DNA of 64,000 nucleotides from Pseudomonadota bacterium (GTDB lineage Bacteria; Desulfobacterota; Desulfarculia; Desulfarculales; Desulfarculaceae): NCBI GenBank assembly GCA_018896025.1, contig JAHIND010000004.1, positions 66,512 to 130,511 of the forward strand, read 5' to 3'. Shown piece by piece: positions 63,970 to 64,000 of this stretch (position 1 is its first letter; each line of letters starts with the position of its first letter). The notes under the pieces were generated by a model. It saw only the letters and a program-made list of their open reading frames with translations, ran no database searches and was not told where the DNA came from. The position numbers and the translations under genes were made by a program.

Positions 63970-64000
63970 AAAACGGCCTTGAGGCGCTAAAATTAATTTG

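Overview
GC-rich chromosomal window whose gene content (Mop-type aldehyde oxidoreductase operon, DUF3795/DUF362/C-GCAxxG-C-C proteins, Tat 4Fe-4S protein) points to an anaerobic Desulfobacterota/deltaproteobacterium (inference). Left to right: end of a TRAP locus; a Mop operon with six co-oriented accessory genes; an IclR/TAXI-TRAP/two CoA-ligase/ADH catabolic unit; a frameshifted 7TM-DISM diguanylate cyclase; tRNA-Ala(GGC); moaA; a Liv-type ABC system; translation quality-control genes (prmA, rsmE, dtd, baeRF-like release factor, ybaK); glgP; a porin-like protein; a three-subunit xanthine-dehydrogenase-family enzyme; a Fic protein; and a sigma54-driven Tat 4Fe-4S/membrane pair. Two items stand out. 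(1) A ~3 kb AT-richer cassette (51325-54357) encodes a protein made of the C-terminal half of a phage MuF/gp7 head-morphogenesis domain fused to a His-Asp secretory-type phospholipase A2, five colinear Trp-rich ~90 aa membrane paralogs with one hypervariable loop, and a separate gene resembling the missing MuF N-terminal half. It looks like a split-MuF polymorphic toxin/immunity system with no phage genes nearby. (2) A selenoprotein missed by the ORF track (UGA at codon 20 plus a SECIS-like hairpin) lies in tandem with its cysteine paralog. No CRISPR array, integrase, transposase or rRNA was seen. All family assignments come from motif recognition by eye; no database searches were run.
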